DNA of 63,999 nt, filler included, from Perkinsus chesapeaki ATCC PRA-425 (Eukaryota; Protista; Perkinsozoa): NCBI GenBank assembly GCA_013115145.1. It is 8 parts of 8 records of this genome, joined end to end, with 100 filler letters (N's around TTAATTAATTAA, not from the genome) between each part and the next. Parts side by side here need not be neighbours in the genome. Positions count along the whole stretch, not along the records: positions 10,392 to 13,896 come from JAAPAO010001399.1; positions 13,997 to 24,283 come from JAAPAO010000895.1; 6 more parts are not named here. The stretch is one strand, 5' to 3'. This document shows, piece after piece, positions 10,491-23,500 of this stretch (positions within the stretch are counted from its first letter, which is position 1; each line of letters begins with the position of its first letter). The notes under the pieces were generated by a model, which was not told the origin of the DNA, made no database searches, and was given only the letters and a program-made list of their open reading frames with translations. The translations under genes were made by a program, and so were the position numbers.

Positions 10491-13400
10491 TTCTCTTCAC
10501 CCTCTTCTAAGCGTTGCTTCTCCTCTTCAACACCGACAGAGCTTTCTTCTTCACCTTCACAAGCAGAGCTCTCCCCATCATAACCATCAGCTCCTTCTTC
10601 TTCTTCTTCTTCATCATCCCTCGTCGTCGTCTCCTCCTGCTTCTTCCTTCTGACACTACCTGCCGCCCTCCTAGCTGTCAACTTAGCCCTTATAGCCTCC
10701 CGGGCCTTCGAGTGTCCTCTAGTATCCTCCCTCTCGGATTCACTATCCTCCTCCTCTTCCTCTTCACTACTGCTGCTACTTTCGCTCAGTACGAGGGGAT
10801 CGGCCTTCGGTATCGCATCGAAGATGCTTCCTCCAGACTGTGGCGTTTTACCCTCTTCCCTATCTGACTGCTCTTCCTTCACCGGTGTCTTCACATCGCC
10901 GCTTCTAGCGAAGGGCCCACTAGTCGGAGGTGCCCAACCGAATGCCCCAAAGCCCGCGCCGGAGCCCTTAGCTGAGCCACCAAATGCACCGAAAGGGCTG
11001 CTAGTGGAGGAGGAAGCATTGCTGCCAACCGTGGTGAAGGGACTAGGAGCTTGAGTGGCCGAGCTGAAGGCGCCAAAGCCAGATGTAGAGGACTTTTGGC
11101 TGAACGGGCCTGGCTTAGAACTACCAGAAAAAGCACCGAAACCACTACTAGTAGAAGCACTGCCAAATGGACCAGAGGACTTTGACGAACCTCCGAAGGG
11201 ACCAGTTGAGGTTGCCGAACTACCGCCGAAGGCACCAAAACCAGTAGAGCTACTCTGGGCTGTATTACCGAAGGCACCAAAACCAGTAGAGCTACTCTGG
11301 GCCGTGCTACCGAAGGCACCAAAACCAGTAGAGCTGCTCTGGGCCGTGCTACCGAAGGCACCAAAACCAGTAGAAGTCTGCATAGTACCAAAAGGACTTT
11401 TACTATGTAACGCTTTATCGTTATTCTTCCTATCGGCCGACGAATTCTTCTTCGAACCTACAATCATGCATGCTTTACTCTTTACATGCCATCACCGCCC
11501 AAGTTATCAACCGAGCGGCTGGCAGTAATAGAGGAGGAGAAAAACCGAATGTTCCGGGAAGGATTGCTTTTGCTACCTTTTTAGAAGAAGAAAAAGCCCC
11601 CAAGTATATCATACCTATAAGCCCTATTCCTTAAAGTCCTATTATAACTTGCTTCAAGAAAAGATGTGGACCCTCGCGGAACACGTTTCAGTGAGGCCAA
11701 ACGAAACCCTGGCTACGCACCAGTGGGAGCTCGCAGCAGTGCTGAGCTCGCAGCCCCTCCGCCATTACTACCTTTATCCTTGTCCAAATCAACACCCTCA
11801 AGGGCATCAGCCAACTCACTGGCGAAATGGTCCATCGCTGATGATACGTCACTCTCTACCAATAACAACAAGATTAGCTCTCTAAACACCGCGTTGTCAC
11901 CTACCGCTCTCTCCGCTACTCTCCTCTTCAGCTACAGCCTTCTTCCGCTCCGATTTCTCTTTGCCGCTTGCCTTCGCAGCACCTCTCTTCTCTGGTTCAT
12001 CAGCCACCTTAGTGACCCCAAATCCAGAACTAACACCAGAACCGAAGCCCCCAAATGGCGAGGGTGTCGACGCGGTACCGAAACCTCCAAACGGTGAAAT
12101 TGATGATGTTGAAGTTGGATTGCCGAAGGCCGCGAAACCGCCAGAAGCGCCTTTGGAGTCGCTACTGCTACCGAATGCACCAAAGCCCTTCGAGGAAGGA
12201 GGCGTGCCGAATGCTCCGAAGCCACTGCTTGAGGATGAGGAGGAGCTTGCAGCACCGAAGGCACCGAACCCACCGCCAGATGAAGCAGGAGAGCCAAAGG
12301 CGCCAAACCCACTGGTACTCTGACCGCCACCGAAAACTCCGAACGGTGATGAGCTTTGCTTGGCAGGGGTGGATGTATCAGAGCCAGCAGCCTCCTTCGT
12401 CTGCTCGGCTTTCTCAGGAACGCTGCTAGGCTTATCCTTGCTTGCCGCGAATTCAAGCCGGAATGAAGACTTCTGAGGCTGACCAATCACAGGAATGCCG
12501 ACGTCGGGGCGATCCTCCACAAAGTGCACACTACTCGTTTTGGAATCAGAGTGCGGCAGTAGTACCATACGGTAGACGTCAACCAAATCTGATGTCCCTG
12601 CAGTCACCGGTAGAGACATCGGCTTGCTGAGGTCCACAGTAACAGGAGGCCCCCCGAGTCCCAGGTTAGCCTCGCCCTCTACAGCACAGCCCAACTGTCT
12701 TCCCTCTGGTCCTACCCAACAAGACCAATCCTCAAACCCTTCATGGGGCTCCTCGATGACCGCAACTTGACCCGAGCATGCATGCCCACAGATTAGGAGA
12801 CCTCGCGATCTTATAAAAGAAGACCAACCAGCTGGTCGAGATGCACTACACTCGGACTCCACGAAGTAAGGATCCATAATAACAGTTTTGGCTACCAAAC
12901 CCCGGTCCTTTCGAGCCTCAACAATAGCAACAGCGCTATAGCTGACCCCTTTTGCACCCACGGGAGGCCCCAGTACCACGGCGAACTGACCGTCTTCTCG
13001 AAGGGAACAAACGCTGTGTACCACCCAAGGTGCTGAGTTAGCCAACATATCATCACCGGTAAAGATGTCGTTCAAATCTTCAACTTCCGCGTACGTTAAG
13101 GAGTTGCCCAGAGTGTCCCAGAGGCACACCCTTTCCGGCTCCCCTTTGCTATCTGCCACGGCCACGGTGGAGTCTCCGACAAGGCAAAGGCTCGTCGCCG
13201 CATTGACGTCAGATTCCCTGGCGAGAACGGTGACTCCATCAGCAGTGATTTTGCAGCACATCACCGTGTCAAGGGCGGCAACCAAGAGAAGGCCACCGTT
13301 GATCCATTCCATACAAGAAAAGTTAGGCCCTATTTCTAGGTCAAGTTTTACGTTTTTTGTATCAGATTTCATGGGCAGATTGAAGACGGTAAGAACGCCA

Positions 13401-13720
13401 TCCCCCGTCATGGCCGCCAGTTTCATCTCGCTGTTATCCACAGCCAAACCTACTACACTTGAGCCTTTCATCAGGCAAGCGTCCGCTGTCATCCGAGAGT
13501 CCAAATCCAGATGGTCGTCATCTGACGGCCCAGGGCGGAGAGCCTCAGCCAAAGAGGATGCTTCCACAACGAAGATGCCACCTTGCTCAGTCGAGAAGGC
13601 CCCATAAACCTGATTATGGCGAGGCGCAGCCGCCCAGGCTCGGACGCCTATGTGACCCGGCCCGTGACGGAAGGCCGGTGCCTCGCAATCTTCTGCATAG
13701 ATAACCGTAGGCTCCGTCAT
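10392..13720 (-). CDS. Nup159/Nup214-like FG nucleoporin (multi-exon, 3' end in gap)
   Basis: ORF 11897-13720 has a beta-propeller-like N-terminus followed by many GFGAFG/SPFG repeats. ORF 10392-11467 has a second FG block and an acidic/charged region. Propeller plus FG is the Nup159/214 architecture. Confidence 0.7.
11226..11374. repeat. 42-bp coding tandem repeat (STAQSSSTGFGAFG), about 3.5 copies
   Basis: Units start at 11226, 11268, 11310, 11352. Confidence 0.9.
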
Positions 13721-13996
13721 GCTTTATATAAAGACGGATGCCTAACCGAAAGATTGCCGCTTAACCGGTGAAACTAGCAAAACTCAATAGGAACTCTTCT
13801 AACGAGGAAACATGGGGCTGCCAAGTGTAGATGCATGACGTTTGTATATCTGTGATACTTCGCTTCGCTCATGCGAGCGCGGTTTCATTTCCGTTTNNNN
13901 NNNNNNNNNNNNNNNNNNNNNNNNNNNNNNNNNNNNNNNNTTAATTAATTAANNNNNNNNNNNNNNNNNNNNNNNNNNNNNNNNNNNNNNNNNNNN

Positions 13997-16900
13997 CATG
14001 CTCCATCTTCATTCTCAACGCCCCGTTGACGCTCGCGTGCTCTTTCAGTGTACGTGTGCACAAACCTGGCTGTGCTCCCATTCTCACAAATGAATCTTCT
14101 CTATACGGTAAAAGCTGGTTGAGAGAGACATAGTTAGTCTTTCCTCTCAATTTGAAGAGATAACCATTAGAAGGGTGAGATGATTCTATCTCAAACGGAC
14201 CTTGAATGATCCTTTTATTATTAATTCTCCGAATAAGACGGACTTTATCACCAGTTTTATAATTAAAACGCGGCGCAGTCTTCAAGACATCGTGTATTTC
14301 AGCACTCTCAGCACGTTCATCTCGTCGTTGCCGGTATTCCAAATTACTTTCACGGAGTTGGTCAGATACCATAGTAGGAGTTGTTTCTTCGGGTAGATCG
14401 GTCCCCATGGATAAAGCATGTGGGGAATATGACGTACCCAGAAGAGCTGACTGATTATGAATAACTCCAGTCATAAGCGCCGATATATACCATGGTACTG
14501 AAAGAGGAGGTACCAAGTTAGTTGCAATTGTAGCTTTAACGTCTCGAATTGCTCCTTCTACTAGGCCTTGGGTTTGAGGCCTTCTTGCAATGCCAAATGA
14601 TAATGTGAACCCCCAGTTTTTCGAGAAGGCTGCTAAATCATCACTCCTATGAGCTCCTGCATTATCCAGTTGAACTGACGAAGGAATACCGTATACTTGA
14701 AACCAGATAAGTAGACCAATGATTATATCAAGAGTTGATGTACTCGCTACTGGGAGTACAAGCATCGCCCTTGTGCCCTCATCTATTATGATCAATAGAT
14801 ATTTTGCCATCCCAGGACATGGGAGATCTGTTGGGTTAATATAAGAGTCCATCGGGCCAGCAAAGTCAAGTTGTATACTTGTAAACCTTCGCATTCCCCT
14901 TCTGAACACCAGTGGTTGGGGGCTCAATGGTTCATAGTTCTTGCCAAGTTGACATTGATGACATGCTTTAACCCATCTCATAATATCTTTCACCATTGTC
15001 GGCCACCAGAAACCTGCCTTTTGGATAGCTTCAATTACTCTAGGGGATCCTCTATGGACGCTAATGTGAGGGTTACTATGGTATCTATAAAATGCCCAAC
15101 CATGACATCTAGGAGTCGGAAGGAAAGCTAACCAAGGCATTCCTCTTTTCACATCTCTATGATAAATGATATTATCTTGAAGCTTGAAGCGCTCCATTTG
15201 TTTTGCATTATCATAGCAAAGACTTTTCACCTCATCTGAATACTTTCCACTCTTTAAGCCTTGAACAACTTTTGTTAGTGGGATGCCATATAGTTTGATT
15301 TTATCAGTGGTATTCAGATCACTGAACAGCTTGCGTAAATACTCTAGCATATCGTCAATTGACCAATCACCAATTCCAACCATAGATTCAGATGACTGTA
15401 TCTGATTATCGTCCTTCATCGGCGAAACTATTGTTGCTGTTAATAGTTTCGGCAATCCTTCCACTAAATCGCTTGAGATACTCAATCGTTGGCTCTTCTG
15501 TGGGGTAGCTGTAAGTGTGCAAATATTACCACTAGATATAGCTATACAGGCAATCCTCTCTCGCCCCGGGGGCAAAGGTACATGCTTGCATTTCATTTTC
15601 CCCTTAAGCTGGGCTTTTGTATCTCCATTTCCGCTATTTAGTGGCTGTAGAGTAGGTAGACTTAAGCGAAGTCGTGACAATTGATCTGCATAACTATTTA
15701 GTACACCAGGTAGATACTTTATCTGTATCTCTATATTGTATTCTTTCTTACAGTAATTGAGTATCTCCCTGGCTTCTTCTTGAAGTCTATGAACTGCTTG
15801 GATATCATACCGACGGGTTAAAGAAGAGGTACTCCATGTAGTTGCTGTTGTATTATCGCAATAAACTACGATGCCTCTTATCCTATTTTCTCTGTCAGAG
15901 ATTTTACTTATCCAAGTAATCAGAATACGTAAGGTTTTTAACAACCAGACAAACTCTTTCCGATTCACATGCCATTTCGACTCATTTACTGAAAAAGTCC
16001 CAGCATGGGATTCCAGTAGTACTGTGCCCTCTCCTTGTGGTTTGGATCCTAATGAAGGGCCAGTTATTACACAGCATCCTCCTCCAGACTCACAAGCATC
16101 ACAATATCCCACTAGATATTGTGGTTCGACTGGAATCGCAGGGTGCCTGCAGTCGTGGAAATTGCCCAAGGCTTTACTAACGAGGAAATTAACAGCTTGC
16201 TCATTTATCTGAGTTAACTGATATTTACGATCCCAGCCACCTGCGGTAGAACCAGACCACGCTCTCAGCTTATCCGCTATCAGGCGGGCTTCAGCATGAC
16301 AGTATGTTGGGTCGTAAGACTGCCCTGCAATAGAGAAAACTTTCCTCTTGCTTAGGAGGGTATTCACTGTTAATTTCTTTGCATCTGGTTTCGGACATGA
16401 AATGTCTAATTCATTCACCTCTGAGAGTTTCCAGATGAGCCCAAGGTGAAATAGTTCTTCACCGGGCCTCAGATGCTTCTTTTTCTGTTCCGGGACTTCA
16501 GCGCCCACTATCTCAACTACTGAACAGAGTATTTGCTCAAAAGCATCTACTAGCTTCTCACAGCCTATGACGATAAAATCGTCGTAGTAGGGAAGAATTG
16601 TTAATCCTGGGATCACATCTATGAAACAAGATGTACATTGTTGATCCACTTCCCTCCCTAACATGCCGGTGCATACTGCATTGCATAGTACCATAACCTG
16701 TGCAGCTAATGCACAGGGGCCATAGCGCACCCCAAAAATTACTCTATCTGATGCATACTCAATACCTAAGGTTTTTACCTTGAGGTATTTACCATGTGCC
16801 AGGCGCACCTTATAAAAGGCGCGCGACAGATCAAGTATAGTGAGCTTATAAGTTTTTGGGTCCCATCGACTCCTCACAAACCGCACTATATCATCTATAG

Positions 16901-18188
16901 CCCATCCACTATACGAGGCAAAGCCTACACAGGAATTAAAAAGGCGTGCATCACTGCAAGCCCGCACCTTCGTGCTAACCGATTTCTGGCATAGTGGGAA
17001 TGTTATCACGTCGATTTCTGACAAGGATCCTTCAAGGTTGCGTTCACCAACGGGAAACCACCATTTGCGATTAATGAACTCACTAATTGCATTATTATAT
17101 TCTTTTTTAGACGCTTCATCTAGTGATCGGTAAAGAGGTATACTATAGTCTGACGGGCTGTTAATCGTACTAGACCCTAAACTTTTCAGTCTATACCGGT
17201 AACCTTTGGCTCCTGGACACGGTCCCCATTTATCTAGGTGCGAGTAAAGGTAGTATACAGCTGCTTCAGCTTGTTCTCTTACACTAGTGTCCAGGCCTCC
17301 TTTATTAGTGGGGTCTTGTTGTGGAAGCCTTATTTCTACACCTAGTTGTGCAAAAAAAGTGAAACCTATAATGACCTCTGCTCCAGGCAGGTCATCTAGT
17401 ACTAATAATGAGAGAGTTGGATTATACCCACCATAGGATAATCTAACTTTCACTATTGCATCAGCATAAACTCGCTTCCCATTCGCTACCGTAATTGCTA
17501 GCGATGTTTGTAAGGGCAGACTATTTAGATGAAATGCTTCACAGACATTTCTGCAAATAATATTATGTGATGAGTAGGTATCCAGGCCTATTCTCACATA
17601 ATTATTTGACAGTTCTGGGCCAAAACTCCCTTCTGGAGAAATTGTCCCAGTAACTTGTAGGACTCTATCATTAACAGTAAACAATTGCGCAACGCATACT
17701 CCATAAGCGGAGACTTTATTGCTGTTAATCTGAGCTTCTGTTGAGCTCTTAGCAACCTTTGGACACTGTGCTACCATATGAGTAGACGAACCACATTTCA
17801 AACAAGTACCAGCTTGTCTTCTTTGTTGCAGTACTTCGCTAGGAACATCTAGTTTATCCGAAAGACTAGATTTCCCATCTCTTTTATCAGAGAATTTTCT
17901 AGCGTTCCCCGCCAGAGGGGAGTCAGTTGTCTTCTTGTCCTTATCAACTTCTTTATAGATAGGGTTTTCCTTATCAAAGAAAGACCTATGTTGATTCTTT
18001 TTATGATCCTGATCACCTTTATGTCGATGTACATGAGTTCTAGATTTCTCATTCTTATGATCATCACTATCATGCTGAGCCTTCCTCTTCTTTTCCTCAT
18101 CATCTTTCTTAGTGTGGTCGAAGCGCTCAACGCCAAAATACTGATCAATAGTTGTACTACCATTAGCACACAAAGTCTTGGATAAGTC
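13997..18188 (-). CDS. pol: Nucleocapsid-Pol polyprotein (CCHC, protease, RT, RNase H, integrase)
   Basis: CLKCGSSTHMVAQC; LDTYSS protease; LDLSRAFY and YYDDF RT motifs; YCDACESG, CDNTTA, NSYADQLSR RNase H; H..H..CHQC zinc finger; LDFAGP, DNAG, GLVEG integrase DDE. Confidence 0.93.
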
Positions 18189-19209
18189 TCAAGCACTCTG
18201 TTTCTGATTTAGCTTTCCTTTCTATACGACAAGCTAGCTCAGCTACGCCAACGTTACCAGCAACTTTTTTGCATGAGCGCAAAATAAGTGCAATGTTTTT
18301 CCTCCTCAGAGAGAAATCCAGCTTAAACGCATCTGTCTGGATACCAGCCTGCTGGGCTAATGATGCAATTCTAGCTGCCAATTTTCTCTCCTCATTAATT
18401 GCTTCTGTAAGCGGGACACGGCGGAATCGGAGAATGACCCATCTACCAAGAAGAAGCACTGCATTATTCTCCCTGGGGGATTCAGATTCTTGAAAGGTTA
18501 TCCATCTATCCACCAAGCCATCATAGAACTCCTTCAGTGTGGTTGTCCAGTCAGTTGAGTAAGAATAGACCAAGCCCTGGTCATATTGATCTTTATTTAC
18601 TTCCTCACCAATTTTCTTCCATAATAAGATAGGAGCATCTTTGTTGAAAGATACTCTACCATTCGCTGCAGTAGTAGTTACTGAAGTCCTCAATTTCTCC
18701 CTCAAAGCAGTATCAACCACCGTCTCCGGGAGATAGGCCGCTAGTACAGTTAGATAAGAACCCCACTTTGGACCCAACATTCTCGCCGTAGCAGAGGCTA
18801 ACTTCTGACATAAACTGTCATAGTTAAAGGGTATAAACCCTTCTTCTGACCCAAATGAATCATCCTTAGTTGCTTGAGGGTGACGAGCGATTTTATATGC
18901 TTCATGAAAAGCTGAGGGGTCAGGACCAAGATTCTTCTCGCCCATTGTATAACTCATACGAGACCAGATCACTGCGTTAGCAGTTGCTCCCGAGATTGAG
19001 AGGAGTTGACGGTACGTAGATTCACTTTGCAAATGAGACCATTGCTCTTCTAGTTCAACAACACCATTATTTGGTAGAGACGCTAAAGTCGCTTCAGCGC
19101 GTTCTAGCGGGTTGGGTTGTCCAGTCACCTCCACCTGCCCCGTGTTTCCACTCGAGGATGATGCACCATGAACGGTTGCTACCTTTTTAGGTGGTGCCAT
19201 TGGACTCAA
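18163..19209 (-). CDS. gag: Gag-like ORF1 of the Gypsy element
   Basis: 348-aa helical ORF directly upstream of and overlapping the zinc-knuckle/pol ORF. Confidence 0.65.
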   Translation of the reverse strand: MSPMAPPKKVATVHGASSSSGNTGQVEVTGQPNPLERAEATLASLPNNGVVELEEQWSHLQSESTYRQLLSISGATANAVIWSRMSYTMGEKNLGPDPSAFHEAYKIARHPQATKDDSFGSEEGFIPFNYDSLCQKLASATARMLGPKWGSYLTVLAAYLPETVVDTALREKLRTSVTTTAANGRVSFNKDAPILLWKKIGEEVNKDQYDQGLVYSYSTDWTTTLKEFYDGLVDRWITFQESESPRENNAVLLLGRWVILRFRRVPLTEAINEERKLAARIASLAQQAGIQTDAFKLDFSLRRKNIALILRSCKKVAGNVGVAELACRIERKAKSETECLRLIQDFVC

Positions 19210-19737
19210 CTCAACAAGAATAAAGATAGAACTATCTCAATATATAATTCAGCAAATAACTTATACGCTAAGTAGACAATTATTGTGTTATGTCTCCGAC
19301 ACAAGTTGTGTGCTACAGATCAGGCGAACAACTATCAAAGTCTCCAGCTGCCGCATTGGCATGATATCGCTACAGTATTCGCTGTGGAATTGTGTGTATC
19401 CTTAATGCTACACCGCGACAAAACTAAACAACCCAAAGCGGAAAGAAACGTTATTACTCCCAACAATAAGATTCGGTGTACGGCTTCTGCCCCTTCAAGA
19501 TAATAGCATATGCGGCGAAAGCCGTGTGTCGAACCCTGTGCTAAAGTAACGCTGTGACCCCATGGAACTAGACATTTGAAAGATAAAGTTGAAACAATTT
19601 ATATAGTTATAAGTAATCGTAACACTACTAGGTATCTAGCATAGCGTAACACAAGCTAAAGATGCCGGAGGGAAAGATCACACAAAAGGAGACACAACAA
19701 ACCGGCCCCCTGTGATCGTCCCGAAGAAAATAGAAAA

Positions 19738-21300
19738 TTATCGATAATACAACCGAAAATTTCTGATGTGTTCTCTAACTTCTGACTCTGGATCTCTCTT
19801 ACGATCTTCTGGTCGAAGATAGACAACATAATCGAGCACGTTCATGACACTATATACTTTATCACTATAGGAACCAGAACCGCCAGCTTTTCCAGGCTTC
19901 ATAGAAGGTCGAAAGATCAAAACTCTATCGCCGACCTTCAACTTTGGAAGTCGTCGGCGAACATTAAAATCACGATCAAACAAGCTATCTCTGAGTATTC
20001 GGCGAATATCTTCTCGCTTTTTATCCACCTCATCAGCCACTTCTTGAGTAATCGGCTCTTGATCATCACATCTTCTCGGAGCAAGCAAAGTCATTTCCTC
20101 TTCTTCGAGGGCTCGGCGACCAAACATAACATCAAAAGAGGTTAGGCTTGGAAGGCCAAGCGAAGTAAATGGTCTTGAGTTTAACCTCCTTATAGCTAAA
20201 CCAAGGGAACATTCCCATGACTTAGCTCCTTCACAAGAGCGAGTAACTAGTCGACAAACATTCTTAATGCTTCCGACGGATTTCTCGGCCCAACCATTAG
20301 CCCAAGCCCTGGGCCCCATGGGGCAAACCTTGAACTATACCGAATCTTTGTACCGACTTTTTTCATCTCCTTCTTGAAGAAAGCGGAACGAAAAGCTGGG
20401 CCTTGATCGCATCGTAATTGAGCAGCTAGACCATACTGAGTATGGTTTTGCTATACTTGGTATAATGATGGAGTATGCCATACTCCATCATTATACCAAG
20501 TATAGCAAAAGTAACTGACCGGCTCGTTTTGTCGGGCATACCACGCGCCAAGGCGAGCCTTGAGTACGAGTCCACACATACCGAAACATACTTGTTCATC
20601 ATACATCAGATAATAAGCGATAACTAAATGTAGCATCAGTTAACTTATCAATATCCTTTTTCGAATATACGGACGCACGACCACTTCTTTTTGCTTATAA
20701 CCACTCGCAATGGGATCTCAGTTCAGGAGAAGCACGCTGTAATAACAGCAACCGCTTTCTTCGATCCTCTTACCCACTAAGCAGCCCCAAATAATCTTCT
20801 TGATGAATCAACGGGAACTTAGAAGACTCGGAAGAATCATCATCATTATCAAGCACAGCTTGTAAGAGGAGGCTCTCCGGTTCGACTTCACCTAGACCAA
20901 GAGAAGACACTAAGCCCCACTGCTCATTAAGACGACTCAGCTGGGTTTGAAGCACCATCGATCTCTTTGTAGGCGACAGTGACACCACAAGTACGTATAT
21001 CTGATACCAACTCGTTGATACAACAGACCAACCTCGGCACTGCAACCTTCTCAATAGACTTGCTACTAATACGTTTCTCCAGCCACCTTTGGGAATCTGC
21101 AGGCAGTTTGGAAATCTGCATATATAACAATCGATTCTATTGGGGGCGAATATGTGATACCCTCATCCTGTATTTCGCAAGTGCCTGAAGTGGAGTTTCT
21201 CACAGAAATTTGCGACCGCTGCACAACGTCTCACACACATCGTTATCTGCCCGAGAGTTCCGTCCTCGTCCATAAAGGAAGGGCGAAAACGTGACCGATT
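19738..21300 (-). pseudogene. Decayed second Gypsy pol (RNase H end and integrase), different family from the adjacent element
   Basis: Frameshifted pieces: YKEIDGASNPA/LSRL; VCVDSYSRLALARGMPDKTSRSV; LRCDQGPAF; WANGWAEKSV; KVGDRVLIFRP. Possible PPT AGGGGGCCGG (minus, 19702-19711) just before a TG start. Confidence 0.8.
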
Positions 21301-22284
21301 TGGTCGCTTACAGTCGAGCAGCAATGTGAGTTATCGTACTTCACCCCACACTAGTTACAGTTGATATCATGAGCCGCAGCGTCTATGCCAGGGCGAATCG
21401 CCGATTTGTATCGGATACAAATCAGCATTCAACAGAAGAGAGTGACCGGATAGGAGTTATAAGAATGCACCGTCTTTCCCCGTCCGCACAACACGCTGTG
21501 AGCATTCTCGTTGCCTTGAACTTCGTAAGCCTCTTTGTAAGGGTTCAGACAAAGTAGATACCACTCTAGCGAGATGATAGCCTGTCAGCGAATGAAGACG
21601 AAACTTAGTATCAGATCAATCTCCTCCCTTCTAGTCTTACTAGCAATAGTTCCTCCCCCAATCATTGGCAAAGCATTTCCACTCGCAAGTTTCTACTACG
21701 TCGAGCGCATTTGAAAAGTCCTCAACTTTTCCCCCCACTCCCTCCGTGCCTATAATAGATAAAAATGGCGAAAGACGCGCTCCTTGAGGTGGCCCTTACT
21801 GTCGACACGATCGCCTATAATCGGGTAACTCAGGAGCGCTCGAGCACTGAGCAAAATGCCTGCCTGGGTAATTGGGCCTGTTGGGGGCTCGAACTTCGAG
21901 CAATCAGATCCAACGAGGCCCGTGTGGTGAAAATAAAAGCTCAATCTGACCAAATCTGGCCACAAGACTCTCGGCGAATGGCACAAGGGAGCGTAGGACA
22001 TAGCGTACTGCCAGCTATAAGACATATACAATTTTTTTGTTGAGGACCTACAGAACGCTGATGAAGGAGCGAGCGTGAAACACTCTCTAGAGCCTCTCAT
22101 TGAGAGTAATCGCTGTGTAACAATTACAGCCAGCAGGGAATGCTTGCCCGGGCGGCCGGGCAATGTCTAAGCGATTTCCTAGAACCCGAGGGAAATGGGA
22201 CACGCAACGAGTTTTTTTGCCAGCTTTCCTTTGAGAGTCTGTATTCGGCCAGGTACGTAAAGCTAGTCATCGTATTCTCTAACG

Positions 22285-23500
22285 GTGCAACTTATTCCCA
22301 TGCTATTTGCATGCACCAGCGTCGTGACAGATAAAGACGACACTGTCAGATACGTTTATGTTTTTCCTGTCCTAGTCTCTATATCGGCCCGACAGGGCTG
22401 CTCGCGTTCCAATCTCTCCCATGTTCTCGGCATAACTAAGCATACAGCTAGGAGTAATGAAGAAGTCGTTGCTGCGAACGGGTATAACTGAGTTATAATA
22501 ACTCTTCCCGCTTTTCAGAAGGTGCGTCAAAACGGCGCACTGGATTTCTCAGATCCTAGGTCCCGGAGCGGATCGTCAAAGCGGCATGATAGCTTTTTGA
22601 CTCGCAATTCGCCGACGGACTTCAGCTGGGTCATAGAGGCAGCCGTGAACCCGTCGGTTGATCAAGGCAGGTGTGAGAGCTGTTACGCCATAGCTACACT
22701 CGGTAACCTGAAACCTGGTCAAGTCTGTAACCTGGTCAATGCACTGGTCAATGTGTAGTCCATGAAATGCATGTTTGCTGCCTCTTTAACTTAAAGGTTT
22801 TAAGAGCGTTGGAGGGTGCTTTCAAGATCAGGACGGGGACTCTAACCAGATTCTCAGCGCACCAGATAGTCGATTGCTCCGGGGATACAGCAAATCAGTA
22901 GTGTAGCTCTCCGACCTTCAGACCCGCAATTACATTACTAGGCTCACAGCTATTGCAGTTGATGGTTACGTTTCTCAGAGGATGCTACGGAGGTGGAAAG
23001 CGGAATACCCTCGGCTACGTTATCTCCCGCGGGATAGTCTCTGATACTGTCTACCCCTTACACTGCGAAGGAAGGAGAATGCCAACGGGTTACCGAATAC
23101 ACGGAGGAACAATGCCTGCAGGTAAGTTGAAGTAACCGCATATTGGGAAATCTTGAACTCGCAGGTTGAAGACCTTGACATCAGCCAAAGTATTGTAATA
23201 GACGATAATCGACTAGATAGACTTTTCACTGAGCTGCTCAAGGATCCTATTGTGGTGAGTGTGGACGCTGTAACGCCTCAATGGGAGAAATATACGAGCG
23301 AAATTTTGAGTGGTGAGTACTTCAGACTCTGAAGTTCAGAGTCGTGCGGTGTACCTGGTTGACATTAGTAGACTTTTACTGTAACGGAGTGCCAAAGCAT
23401 ACAGTCCTCCTCGTTGGATATGGTGTAGAAAAGAATATCAGGTGAGCTACCTTTCCGGGCAGTTTCATTCGAGCTTGGGTTCTCACTAGTTACTGGTTGC
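22285..23500 (+). pseudogene. Papain-family (C1A, cathepsin L-like) cysteine protease, multi-exon, apparently C-terminally truncated
   Basis: DQGRCESCYAIA (catalytic Cys at 22681), CYGG, PIVVSVDA, KHTVLLVGYG (His at 23398), then YWLL with no following KNSWG. Confidence 0.75.

Larger units (their letters stand above)
13997..19209 (-). mobile_element. Ty3/Gypsy-type LTR retrotransposon coding region, near intact
   Basis: gag-like ORF followed by pol in PR-RT-RH-INT order. LTRs not demonstrable because the 3' end falls in a gap. Confidence 0.9.

Noticed and set aside
10514-13771. Several plus-strand Pro/Ala-rich ORFs (PKAPKP repeats)
   Set aside because: Antisense reading of the FG-repeat codons of the nucleoporin.
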